In this document: positions 1-10,200 of the stretch, piece after piece
Layout: every line of letters starts with the position of its first letter
Numbering within the stretch: the first letter of the stretch is position 1
Source of the DNA: Bacteroidaceae bacterium
GTDB lineage: Bacteria > Bacteroidota > Bacteroidia > Bacteroidales > Bacteroidaceae
Assembly: GCA_016291905.1 (NCBI GenBank)
Contig: JAEEZS010000067.1
Span: forward strand, 7,926 to 71,925
DNA length: 64,000 bases
Direction: 5' to 3'
Position numbers and translations under genes: made by a program
The notes under the pieces: model-generated
What the model saw: only the letters and a program-made list of their open reading frames with translations
Database searches by the model: none
What the model was told of the DNA's origin: nothing

Positions 1-3000
1 TACAGAACTCAAAGCCGCCAGAAGCAGGTAATTGTGATAATACTCAAAGGTGCTGATGTTCATCTTGCCATCGAAAATGAGTTTGCGCACACCGTTCTCA
101 GTCGTATAGTAAACCTTGTTGATGTTGCTTTCTGGATCTTGGCTGTTATTGTAAAAAGTATCAAAGGTGTATGGTATGTGCAAATCAGAGTCGAACTTGT
201 TACTCCACTTGATGCAGGAATAAGCCACTTTCGTGGGATCCAAATCATCTTTCAGCAGCGAAGCATCGAACACATTTCTGTAATCCTCCTCATATATTTC
301 GTCAGAAAAAAATTCCTGCTCCAGCTTTTCAAGGAATTCTTCTTTGGTGTAAGTGGTTCCATCAATAACCTCTACCTTTTCCTTAAATTCGCGGACAAAT
401 CTATCCCAATCTATATAAGTAAGGTTCAGATAACCAGTCTGCTCTGGTTCACCGTTTTCTTCATCGTATTGCTTAATACCGACTGCGTTAAGCAGTGTCT
501 CATATTTGTTCTCCAGACGAATCATTTCCAGCTCACCGCCACATAGGGGTAGCATGCTGCCCGTTTCCAATTCAGGGAGCACGGCGAAAATCCAGATGTC
601 GTCAAGCACGTAGTCGCCACCATCGGTACTCGTGGCGTTATTGTCTATCTTCAAGTAGTATTCAACGGAGCCATTGCCGTAAAACTCGAAGTAGAACTGC
701 TGCCAGATAAAATCACCGACATTGCTGAATACTTTGTTGTCATCAGGATAGATGATAGAACCATCTGCCTTTTGGACATGGTAGGGGAGCTGTCCTGGAC
801 AGAACGAATAGACCTCTTCCTCCGTGTAAGTGCCGTCACCTTTGGGTTTACGACCCATCACGGTTAGTATTACGCTGCCAGGCGAGGTGTTAACTGTACC
901 ATTAGTAATTGTAAAGCCACCTTGCAGCGAAGCCATCCATCCAGAACACATCAGCAGCGACCCTTCGCAGAAGTCACCGTCGAACGACACCGTGGCCACC
1001 TGCCCGGGCATATCGGAGGCATCGACAAACAGGAAACCCGGGTCGTAAGTAGTATTCGTATTTGTATTTGGGTATGGAAGACCAGTATTTTGTTCACTGA
1101 GATAGTCATTGATGCTACGGATAATGTAGGTCTTGTTATTGTTTGTACTGGCCGTGGCTGAATGTGTATTACCTATGCCTGAGCTTCCCCAACCGGCAGC
1201 AAGACGTATGTTGCCTTTTCGCCGTGCATAGGCATAGTTGGTAGTACTGTATTCCAATGGCAAGGCAGCCATCATGGCTTCCGTCGTGGTCTGGAACGGA
1301 GAGGTGAAGCCAAAGGTACGGGGATAGTCAAAGTTAAGATGCGCCTTTGGATTGCCGCAGCGTTTTATCAAGGCATTGGGTGAGCGTTTTGCCCTGTTTT
1401 CAGGAACATCATCCCCCACAAAGTCCATGTAAGGCAGCGTCTCGGTACCACCATCGAAGATGATGGTGAATTTTGCCACGTTATATTCGTTCCCATGGCC
1501 GTCAGCGTCTTTGGCAAACACTTTGATGACTATCTTCGAACCGGCGGGCACCTCATGAGTAGAAGGATAGCTGAAGGAAATATGGCGTCGACGTTTGTGG
1601 CTGGTGTTCGACATAAACATACCATTGTCAGTTTCTTTCGACAATTGGACAAAATGTCCACCATTTTCAAGGTTTATGTCTATATTATTGGGTTTTTCGA
1701 GAACTATTCTATAGTACTTATCGAAATTGGTGCCGTCAACCTGGGCCATTGAGACAAGATTCTCATCGATGCGTTGTGCTGCATCGCCAGTGTAGTTCTT
1801 ATAGAACCAGTAGTTCTCAAGGTCGTTTTGTATAGGGATATACTCGTGACTCAGCCCTTGTGTGCGGCTAGGAAAGTGGATGGTGCGTTCTTCAAGCCAG
1901 TCATCATCGCCTGTCTTGCTCACAATCTTGTCGGCTATCACCTTGGCGTCAACGAGCTTCCATATCTGCCGAAGGCTCAGTGTGGGCTCTGTCAGATTGC
2001 CGGCTTCGCCCATGCTCGTAGCAGTGCCATTTTCAAACCGCATATCGGTCATATTTTGCTGGAGTTCGTAGCTGAAGTCGCAGGCAATGGTCACACTATC
2101 CTCGTTGGTAGGCAGGCGTCCAATGAGCGATAATCCCACATACATATCATAGGCGTCTGCCGCCGTCTTTTTGCTTAGGTTAATACCATCGTCGTTGATG
2201 AGTCCATTGCCCATCACAAGACCGTTCTGGTAGTAGAATGAGTTGTTGTTGTTGAAGGGCATGTGGTATTTGTGCTCTAAGGGCGTTTCGCTGTCGTAAA
2301 GATACCAACGCTGATAGGCAGCATGATGCGTTTTTGCCATACCGTTACTCGTTGTAATATACAGTCCCACGTATTCGCCCTGCTTGACATATCGCGTCAG
2401 CCGGTATTCGGGGGTATTTTGGACATCGACGCTTCCACCTCCCGATAGTGCTTTGTTCGTCAAACCAGATCCGGGCTTCAGGAATTCTTGGGGGAAGGCT
2501 CCACCCAAAGCGTTGGCGCGTTCCTGAAAATAGGAGGGCCGATGAATTACCCTGGAGTTTTTCGTAGCCTCATCGTACCAAGCATCATTGGTAGTTACTT
2601 TCTGGAAATAAATAGAGGCCCACTCCCTTTCGTTATATTCAGCGTTAGAACTATTGCTTAAGTTGCTGATTTCTTTCTCTATGAAATAGGTGCTATTGGG
2701 GACGGTTGTGGAGCCATAAAGTTTAGGTAGGAAGACCTTTCCTTCGTGCAATAGATAGTAACCGTATTCGCTGCTTGTCATGGTGAAATGGGCAGCTTTG
2801 GTATCATCGCTTGTGATGTAGTATTTGTTGTTGGTCGTGTCAAAGGCAATGTAGCGGTTGAATTCATTCTTAAAGCGATAGTAAAAGTCATCACCACTTA
2901 TTTCGGGATCCAACGCTGTCCAGGCCATTCCTCCATAGTTGGGGTAGAGGTTCATTAGATCGCAGTCTCCACCATGTTCCATTTCTACGTCGTACATGCC

Positions 3001-5343
3001 TCGCAGTTCATTATTCTTGAAGTAGAACACGTATTTTTCTCCATCTTCAAGTTCCGAAGGAATGAGATCTACACCAAAATAGGTGCTAATGGACACGGGC
3101 ACCTCCTTAAAGGAACTATTGCCTGCGTTGCCTTTTGTAGCCACGGTGGCACCTCCATAGAAATCACCTACGAGACGCGACAGGTGCCAGCCTGTCAGTT
3201 CGCGTGTAACAACAAACTGTGTGGCTTCATCTGCATTTGTAGTAGTGGTGTACCCATTAGTTCCATTCCACATCAAGTATTTCCCGCCGTACATGAAGGT
3301 GTAGATGCGGTTTTCACCACCATCATTGCCTACATACGTCACTTTCTTTGCACAAATGGGTGTGTCGTGGAAATAGAGCATATACCATTCGGACTCATTC
3401 AAAACCGTAGTCATTGTAGGACGTTGCGTTTCGACTTCATCGAGAGGGATAGAAGTATCTTCCTCAAACGTAAAGTAGGTGCTTGCCTTATCTGTATTGT
3501 TAGCATTCCTGCATTGATAGACCTCCTTGAAGGTGTTGCCTTCAGCTATCACTACTTTTACGTTAACGTAATCAGTGGTGACGCGCTCCAGATGCCAGCC
3601 CGAACGCTCGGCACGTATCTCGAACTTGGCTGCTTGTGAGGCATTGGTAGTATAAGCAAGTGTCGTACCGTTCCAATAAACATAGCGGCCTTTGTCGTGT
3701 TCAAGTGTATAATAGCCATCCGTACCGACGTGTGCCCTAATCAAGGTTTGCGGCAAACTACCACCGAACGACAATTTGTACCAATGGCCGTCCTCCATCG
3801 CGGGTACGTCTTGTGGCAACGGGTCATCGTTACGAATAAAGTCAAGTACTACTTTCTTGAAAGTATTAAAATTCGTGGCGTTTAAATCTGTAGTAGATCT
3901 AAACACGTATCTATGAGAACTACTATTCTCCATTTCGAATACTCCAGCAGGATTGGCTGCATCAGTAAGAGCTAGTTCATGGTCAACATCCCTTGTTCTG
4001 ATAATGAATGTTGCCTCCTTTGTTGGCTTGACGGTATAGACATTCCTGTTTCCCCATGCAGAATACTGGAAAGTGTTGCCTATATACAAGCCGTTATTAC
4101 TTTTAATGTAATAATTGCCTTCTGTGTCTGAACTTTCCAGCGTCCATGTCATACTCTTCATGTTTGCCGTAAAGGCTATCATGTTGTTGTTGTTGATTTT
4201 ATTTCCGCCAACTGTCGTTCCAGGGCTCTCAAAAAGTGCTGGATCATGTCCATTATAGGAGTCGGGGTATCCCAGTTCGTGAATGAATGCAGAATAGGTA
4301 TTATTGATAAACCTTATGAAATATGGCTGATTCACGGTGGGATAGTAATCTACCAGTTCCAATTCGTCATCAGTAGAATTCAGATTTTCAGACGATACAA
4401 TAAGCGATCCGGGGACGACTCTCTTATTGTCATCCACCGTTTGGGGACGCGCTACGAGGTCGCAGTCAGTGCCATCTGCATTTAATACTCGTAGCTTTGG
4501 ACGGGCGTATTCGCTATAATAAATTCGGAATCGGGTAGCTTGACTTTTGTCGGCTGTTGTCTTGAACTCTGTGCCGTCTAAAAAGATATAATGCTCTTGC
4601 AGATTACGCAGATATTTGCCGTCAACCCACTGCCAAAGTTTGTTGCTGGCATCTTCTTCAGTCAGGTTGTTTCCTCGAATGGTCATTGTCAAGGGTTGAT
4701 CCACGCCATTGTCGGTGGCAACAGGATAGGAGCCTACAGTAAATGCGTTTCGACTGGAGAAACGAATATAGAATGCTTCGGAAAAGGTCTCGTTATGATA
4801 GGAAAGAGCCTCAGTATAGGTGGTGGCTGTTCCGATGGCATATTTGGACTCGCTCCTTGATGGGACATCTACTATGTCAGCTCCGTCAACTGCTGCGCTA
4901 AAGCCCATCTCAAAGTCGGTCTGGTCTTTTCTGCGCAATTTAAGGTTGCCGTGAGCATCGGTAAAGGTTTCCATCGGCACAGCCTCGTTGCGGTTAGGAG
5001 TAACAGCATATTTTTGAGCGTTTGTATCGTAGCGAAGATAGCGGTTGTTAGAGTAGCAGACTAACAAATCTCCATCCCATCTCCAAAGACCTACTGGATC
5101 CGAATACAATCCTTGTTGCTCATTATCAGTTTGCATTCTACCCAATTCCAAACCGTTATCATCCGGCCATTTTGCTCTGACAAATCTACAATCGTTTTCA
5201 TTATCAATATTGACAAACTGGATGAAAAAGTATTCTTGTCCGTCAATAACAACAGCGTGGCTTTGTTGGCAAAACAATGTAGCCATTGCTCCGATGCAGA
5301 GCAATGTCCGAAGGATATGTTGGAAATATAGTCGTAGGCTCAT
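1..5343 (-). CDS. Giant secreted protein, 5' part only (>1780 aa; continues beyond the window start). Paralog of the 2047-aa protein at 7233-13376, with an extra N-terminal extension of about 790 aa
   Basis: Hand translation of the minus strand from the ATG (cat at 5341-5343) gives an uninterrupted frame down to nt 1. It is absent from the ORF track because no stop lies in the window. The N-terminus MSLRLYFQHILRTLLCIGAMATLFCQQSHA looks like a signal peptide. From about nt 2590 downward it aligns with the 2047-aa paralog: AYQRWYLYD/YYQRWYYYD, LTEPTLSLRQIWKLVDAKV/LTEPSLTIRHHFKLIDANV, WLEERTIHFP/WLEEHTIHFP, LLMCSGWMASL/KMMCSGWMTSI, GGDYVLDDIWIFAVLP/GGDYFLDDVWVYAKLP. Confidence 0.8.
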   Translation of the reverse strand, partial: MSLRLYFQHILRTLLCIGAMATLFCQQSHAVVIDGQEYFFIQFVNIDNENDCRFVRAKWPDDNGLELGRMQTDNEQQGLYSDPVGLWRWDGDLLVCYSNNRYLRYDTNAQKYAVTPNRNEAVPMETFTDAHGNLKLRRKDQTDFEMGFSAAVDGADIVDVPSRSESKYAIGTATTYTEALSYHNETFSEAFYIRFSSRNAFTVGSYPVATDNGVDQPLTMTIRGNNLTEEDASNKLWQWVDGKYLRNLQEHYIFLDGTEFKTTADKSQATRFRIYYSEYARPKLRVLNADGTDCDLVARPQTVDDNKRVVPGSLIVSSENLNSTDDELELVDYYPTVNQPYFIRFINNTYSAFIHELGYPDSYNGHDPALFESPGTTVGGNKINNNNMIAFTANMKSMTWTLESSDTEGNYYIKSNNGLYIGNTFQYSAWGNRNVYTVKPTKEATFIIRTRDVDHELALTDAANPAGVFEMENSSSHRYVFRSTTDLNATNFNTFKKVVLDFIRNDDPLPQDVPAMEDGHWYKLSFGGSLPQTLIRAHVGTDGYYTLEHDKGRYVYWNGTTLAYTTNASQAAKFEIRAERSGWHLERVTTDYVNVKVVIAEGNTFKEVYQCRNANNTDKASTYFTFEEDTSIPLDEVETQRPTMTTVLNESEWYMLYFHDTPICAKKVTYVGNDGGENRIYTFMYGGKYLMWNGTNGYTTTTNADEATQFVVTRELTGWHLSRLVGDFYGGATVATKGNAGNSSFKEVPVSISTYFGVDLIPSELEDGEKYVFYFKNNELRGMYDVEMEHGGDCDLMNLYPNYGGMAWTALDPEISGDDFYYRFKNEFNRYIAFDTTNNKYYITSDDTKAAHFTMTSSEYGYYLLHEGKVFLPKLYGSTTVPNSTYFIEKEISNLSNSSNAEYNEREWASIYFQKVTTNDAWYDEATKNSRVIHRPSYFQERANALGGAFPQEFLKPGSGLTNKALSGGGSVDVQNTPEYRLTRYVKQGEYVGLYITTSNGMAKTHHAAYQRWYLYDSETPLEHKYHMPFNNNNSFYYQNGLVMGNGLINDDGINLSKKTAADAYDMYVGLSLIGRLPTNEDSVTIACDFSYELQQNMTDMRFENGTATSMGEAGNLTEPTLSLRQIWKLVDAKVIADKIVSKTGDDDWLEERTIHFPSRTQGLSHEYIPIQNDLENYWFYKNYTGDAAQRIDENLVSMAQVDGTNFDKYYRIVLEKPNNIDINLENGGHFVQLSKETDNGMFMSNTSHKRRRHISFSYPSTHEVPAGSKIVIKVFAKDADGHGNEYNVAKFTIIFDGGTETLPYMDFVGDDVPENRAKRSPNALIKRCGNPKAHLNFDYPRTFGFTSPFQTTTEAMMAALPLEYSTTNYAYARRKGNIRLAAGWGSSGIGNTHSATASTNNNKTYIIRSINDYLSEQNTGLPYPNTNTNTTYDPGFLFVDASDMPGQVATVSFDGDFCEGSLLMCSGWMASLQGGFTITNGTVNTSPGSVILTVMGRKPKGDGTYTEEEVYSFCPGQLPYHVQKADGSIIYPDDNKVFSNVGDFIWQQFYFEFYGNGSVEYYLKIDNNATSTDGGDYVLDDIWIFAVLPELETGSMLPLCGGELEMIRLENKYETLLNAVGIKQYDEENGEPEQTGYLNLTYIDWDRFVREFKEKVEVIDGTTYTKEEFLEKLEQEFFSDEIYEEDYRNVFDASLLKDDLDPTKVAYSCIKWSNKFDSDLHIPYTFDTFYNNSQDPESNINKVYYTTENGVRKLIFDGKMNISTFEYYHNYLLLAALSSV

Positions 5344-5361
5344 AGTCGTTCGCTTTTCTCT

Positions 5362-6975
5362 TTATTGCTTAAGGATGTTATAGTTGAACTGATAGGCAAA
5401 GCCATCGAGTATAAGTTTTATCGTGACGGTGACCTGACCATTTTTATTGTCATCGTTAATCAGTTTGCCGACGATATCGCCCGAATCTAACTGAATGAAT
5501 CGCTGTTCAAAAATATTTAAATCGCCCGTTAGGACAATTCCCGTATAAATCGGTCCTGTCGTGTTTTCAGATGTTTTTTGGGTAAGGGACTCTGCCACGC
5601 CCGTGTCTGGTGTTGTCCATGCATATGGCTGAGAGCTGGTTACCGTCTGTTGCACAGCCGGTACTCCATTTACGATGTAGGGTTCTCCCTTAAGTTCGAA
5701 GGTGACGTTGCTATCATCGAAGCCGCGCCAGACGCCTTCGGGGTCGTCATTTTTACGGAACATGGGACGCAGGAAGATGTAACCACCGGAATTGAAGGTG
5801 ATGCTCAATGCATCCGCAGAAAGCACACGAGCCTGGAAACCGGCAATAGGCGGGAAGGGTAGTGCCTCCACACGGAATGTCCAGTCGTTGAAATCGATAG
5901 GAATCTTTATCCAGTCGTTACGGTGGATGTAGTCGAAACCTTTGGGGTCAATTCCTGTATTTACAGTGAAGCCATAGCGAAACTCTTCTACATCAGATGT
6001 GCCACGCCTTACTTTAATGCGGATGGAGTACTGGTTCTTATTCGGTTCCTCAGTGGATATGGCAGAGGCATTGGTCTCATTGACATAGAAGATAGGGGCT
6101 GTCTCTTGAGATGGCGGAGCATTTTCTACTTTTTTAGGCAAATAAAGAGAAGTGAGTGGATCCTTTTTTAAGTTTATGGCATAAGACTCTGTTTCATTGG
6201 CAGCAAGGATTGCAGGAAAGATTGGGTGTTCATCATCTGGTTCACTTCTTGGTTCGAGAAGGCTGACATAGTTTTCCTTGGCTAAGGGGGAAATTTCGAA
6301 GCCATCGATATACAAATCCTGCTGTGTACTGTTGAGGAACGTGAACTCCATCTTCGCCATGGCGCGGATGAGTTCTATTTCAAACGACTGGTTTTCGGCT
6401 TCGACGACCGTGATGGCTTGGCCGTTTATGTTGCTGGACATAGGAATTTTTCCCGTCCATCCGTTGGTAGTGGCAAGCCTTACGTTCGTCAAGTCTGGCA
6501 TGGATTCTCCTTTTGTAATCGCAGCTAAAGGAGTAAACACAAAAGAGGAAGGGTCGGTTACTGTGGCTTCTTTGGGTGTATATACTTTAACTAAAGAAGG
6601 TGACAATTGTAGAGAGGCTGTAGCAGGAGTGTATTCAGTTTCAGGTAGGTTGGCGAAGGCATAGGCGGTATAGTCCCCTGGGGGAAGAAAAAATTTGAAC
6701 GAGTGTTCTTCTGCACCGCCGGCAGTACCACGGGCAATTTCCTTGACAATATTATTATTGACAAATACCACGTAGTAATCGTGAATCAACTCGTTGTCGG
6801 AAACAGGGTCGAGTAAATCACCATAGGCGCGGGTGGCCTTATGGTAGGGCGCCGTGAGGTAAATCTCTACCTGCCCCATACCGGCGGGAATCGAATCGCT
6901 TGGTTCGTTACAAGCGCTCAACCCCAGTATAGCAGCGAGCGCAAGCAGACAATATATGGTGATGTTTTTTTTCAT
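5362..6975 (-). CDS. Type V pilin-like accessory lipoprotein (paralog of 13390-15000)
   Basis: 537-aa ORF. It has a lipoprotein signal (LLALAAILGLSAC) and the pilin-type propeptide cleavage motif YHKATRA. Both ends are very similar to the 536-aa paralog, including the block RNDWIK.P..F.DWTFR.EALPFPPIAGFQARVLS.DALSITFNSGGYIFLRPMFR. Confidence 0.8.
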   Translation of the reverse strand: MKKNITIYCLLALAAILGLSACNEPSDSIPAGMGQVEIYLTAPYHKATRAYGDLLDPVSDNELIHDYYVVFVNNNIVKEIARGTAGGAEEHSFKFFLPPGDYTAYAFANLPETEYTPATASLQLSPSLVKVYTPKEATVTDPSSFVFTPLAAITKGESMPDLTNVRLATTNGWTGKIPMSSNINGQAITVVEAENQSFEIELIRAMAKMEFTFLNSTQQDLYIDGFEISPLAKENYVSLLEPRSEPDDEHPIFPAILAANETESYAINLKKDPLTSLYLPKKVENAPPSQETAPIFYVNETNASAISTEEPNKNQYSIRIKVRRGTSDVEEFRYGFTVNTGIDPKGFDYIHRNDWIKIPIDFNDWTFRVEALPFPPIAGFQARVLSADALSITFNSGGYIFLRPMFRKNDDPEGVWRGFDDSNVTFELKGEPYIVNGVPAVQQTVTSSQPYAWTTPDTGVAESLTQKTSENTTGPIYTGIVLTGDLNIFEQRFIQLDSGDIVGKLINDDNKNGQVTVTIKLILDGFAYQFNYNILKQ

Positions 6976-6981
6976 ACTTGT

Positions 6982-7040
6982 TTAGATGTATATGATAGAA
7001 TGTTCTACCGAGATCTATTTTTGAAGAAAATACTAACCAT
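6982..7040 (-). pseudogene. Short relic of the 3' end of an Mfa1-family pilin gene (homologous to the end of 15007-16584)
   Basis: Nucleotides 6976-7035 align by eye at about 70-75% with 15001-15060. The alignment includes the stop codon position (tta at 6982-6984 versus 15007-15009), but there is an indel and no ORF. Confidence 0.35.
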
Positions 7041-7182
7041 CAACTCCTCGAGTGTACTGGACCCCGTAGTGGCATTGATGGAGAACCTATATCAATTGTT
7101 GTATACTATACCTTATTCCATAAAGTCGTGGTTTATGTTTACAGTGATTGATTCTAAATCTACAGCGTTTGATTCTATATTT

Positions 7183-7220
7183 TTATCGTATAACGCTGTG
7201 TTTACAGCGTTATACGATAA
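7183..7220 (-). terminator. Perfect 17-bp stem-loop immediately downstream of the giant gene stop (possible terminator or processing site)
   Basis: ttatcgtataacgctgt / gttt / acagcgttatacgataa. The stem is flanked by T5 and A4 runs. No canonical U-tract follows the stem on the minus-strand transcript. Confidence 0.45.
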
Positions 7221-7232
7221 AAAGTATGCCTA

Positions 7233-10200
7233 TTAATTGTGTACCTTCTTCGTCTGTTGTGTGGAGTCGGTCTGTGCCCTTACCACATAGGTGCCTCCTG
7301 ATAAGCTAAAATGGTGTTCGGCGCTGTTGGGTGTTGCCGCATAGACCTGTCGTCCGCCGGCATCATAGACACGCACTTCCGTGATGGGCTGATTCGTGGC
7401 GGAGGAAACGGTGATGCTGCCATCGCTGGCGAAGATTTGCAGATTGCTCTCGTCAATGGCCTCTTGCAAGTTCTCTCCCTTCACGATGAAGAAACGGTTC
7501 TGAGTGCGGCCTGGCATCCGAACCTTCATTCCTGACTTCAGAGGCAGCAACTCTTCCGTCTTCGCATCGTAGATCATCAGGTCGTCGCCCAAACTCTCCA
7601 CTCCGTCGAAGGTTACAATTGCCAGTTTATTGCTGTTGCTTTCTATGCCGATGGGCAGTACCCTGAAATCGTGGATGCGGTTGATACTTGTTGCCAAGCG
7701 GCCCGTCAGCGTGTAGATGACTGGAATGGACGAGCTGATGTCGCTGACGACGAAGGTTTCCAAGTCTTCTTCGGGAAGGAACTTGTTGCTGGCATCATGA
7801 CTTATCATCACCAGAGCCTCGCTGATATCACCGTCACGTTCTGCCTTGATGCGAAGGCCGGGAGCACCACCCCCTTGTGGATCCGGATCCTCCGTTGTGG
7901 TGGTCGTTCTGGGCGAATGTACCATCATATCGGCGGTGAATTTCAAGGTCAACTGGTTCATGTTTTCTTCTCCTTTTTTCTTTAGGAAGAAGGCGTAGCG
8001 CGGAGGAACAACTGTATTACCCGAACCTTCGTAATAGGCAAAGTTCATATCCGTCCACTTCCACTCAGCCCCATTGGGATTCAACGAAGAATCTTTTGGA
8101 TCGATATCGCTGTCCTTCATTACCAGATAGTAGGGATACACGACATCTGCATTCTTCGCGAAGAATTTTTGCATATCCAAACCGCAGATGAAGGGATTGC
8201 CGGCGAGGAAGTAGCCCATGCTGCCCTCTCCTTCGTTTTTCAGGGTCACTTCATACTCTGCTGTTGAATCAGGAGCAAAGAAGTCCGAGCGCAGACGACC
8301 GCGATTGTTCAACGTCACCGTGTTCGCTTCAGTCGCACCATCAAGCATTGGACGTCCGTCGTTAATGTAAACGCGAACACGTCTTTCAATCTCGTAGCCC
8401 TTTGTCCAGTCCCAAATATCGTAGTACTGGTCGTCCTTTGGCATACGGAAGATGGTCTTAATTTTTTCATCGTTATATGCTTTCAGGTTGTTGATGGGCA
8501 TTACGCTGAAGCCGCCATTGTCGTAGGGGACCGTATGGTCGTTGTGTGCGCCACTCCACGACCCGCGAACGGCAACGTTAACCTTACTGAGACCGAAGGG
8601 CTTATATACCAAACGATTCAGATATTCATCGGCATTACTACTATCCCATTCAAATCCCTGACCCGAACTCGACCAGTCACCTTCCTGCTCCTCTCCGAGG
8701 TTGTGATACTGGTCAGCATCATCGGCGCTCCACACAGCACCACGCTCGTAGAGTACGGCTTTTGCCTTGTCCCATTGACGCTGATAGACGGCTGGAGCGA
8801 AGCGGTCATAGTCAAGGCCTGCGGGATATGCTCCGCTGATGCCTGTCATAGCGATATGGTCGGTTACGTCAAAATTGATGGGCTCGAAGTAGGTGGTTTC
8901 TTGACGTCCGCTCCATGTCGGGGCATACCATTCTCCAGAGATGGTGCTTTGCAGAGGTGAACAGACAAGATGCCACTTGTTCTTAGGAAGAGCAAATTCC
9001 ACCCATGCCTTGCTATAGTTCAACAGATGGGCTTTCACGAGTTCTGTTTCAGACTGGAAGGCAATGTTCTCGCAAACGTTGGTTGAATAGAGTTCGGTTA
9101 TCATATCACCGTTTGCGCGGAAGTTCGTTGATACTCCGGATCCTTCAACAGACATTGTAGTTCTATCCCATTCGTGGGCTTGGAAGTCGTAACGGATAAG
9201 AGGCGAAGACGTATTTCGCAGGGCAGGGAAGCCCGTCAGCTCACCGTTTATCTCTTCATCTCCATCGTCGTATAGCAACGCAGACGCTTTTCTCTCATCC
9301 GTCATCATCAGGATATTGGTGCAGTAGAGCGGTGCGAAGCCCTGCATACGTTCACGGTCAGCAGCTGTGACAAAATTGGTGGTTTCAGGGTCGTCACCTT
9401 CTTTTCCGTTCGGCAGGTAATTGTTCTTCAAAGTTGTACCATTGTCGGCATACAACTCATCATAGTCAGCGCGACGCCAGTTCTCGTCGTTGCTCCAGTC
9501 TGTATTATCTGCTCCGCCTGTCCAAACCTCATAGTCGGGGACGATCTTTATGATGATGTCTGCATTACCATTACATGCAATTGAAAAACCTTCATTAAGA
9601 TCCTCAATATAATAGTATCGCAGGGTATAACTGTAGCCTTCGCGTACTTGGAAATCTTTGTTGAAATGAATTTTCAACATACGTTGCTCGTTCGGATAAG
9701 CATAGTTTGAAGGTGTAGGCCAATAATTGTCTTGCTTGGCCACCAAATAGTCAACCACACCACAAACAGGAGGCCAACTGTTGTTTTCATCAAAGATAAT
9801 GTTATCCATTATGTATTCTTGCATCAAGGCATCAGTGGAATTCGCAATCCTAACGTATTTAAGATTGTCGGAATTACTATTTATCACACCAACACTTTGA
9901 GGAATAACTACGTCAATGCTGCGTAGAGGAATATGTAACTCGCTAAAGCCTTTTCCGTCTTCATGGTCAACCAATTTCTCAAACTGGCTCTTAGAGATAC
10001 GAATACTCAACGTTCCCAAGTTGGAAGGATAGTGCTTTTCACTAAAGCCTACCTCCATGTGTGGAGCATGTTCACCCACTTTTACCTTGAAGGGCTGCGG
10101 TTCAGCACAGATATAGACAAAGTCTGTGACTCCTTCGTTAAGATTTGCTTCGATGGGGATAGCAACAAACTTTACATATTGGATAGTGTCACCGAGGTAT

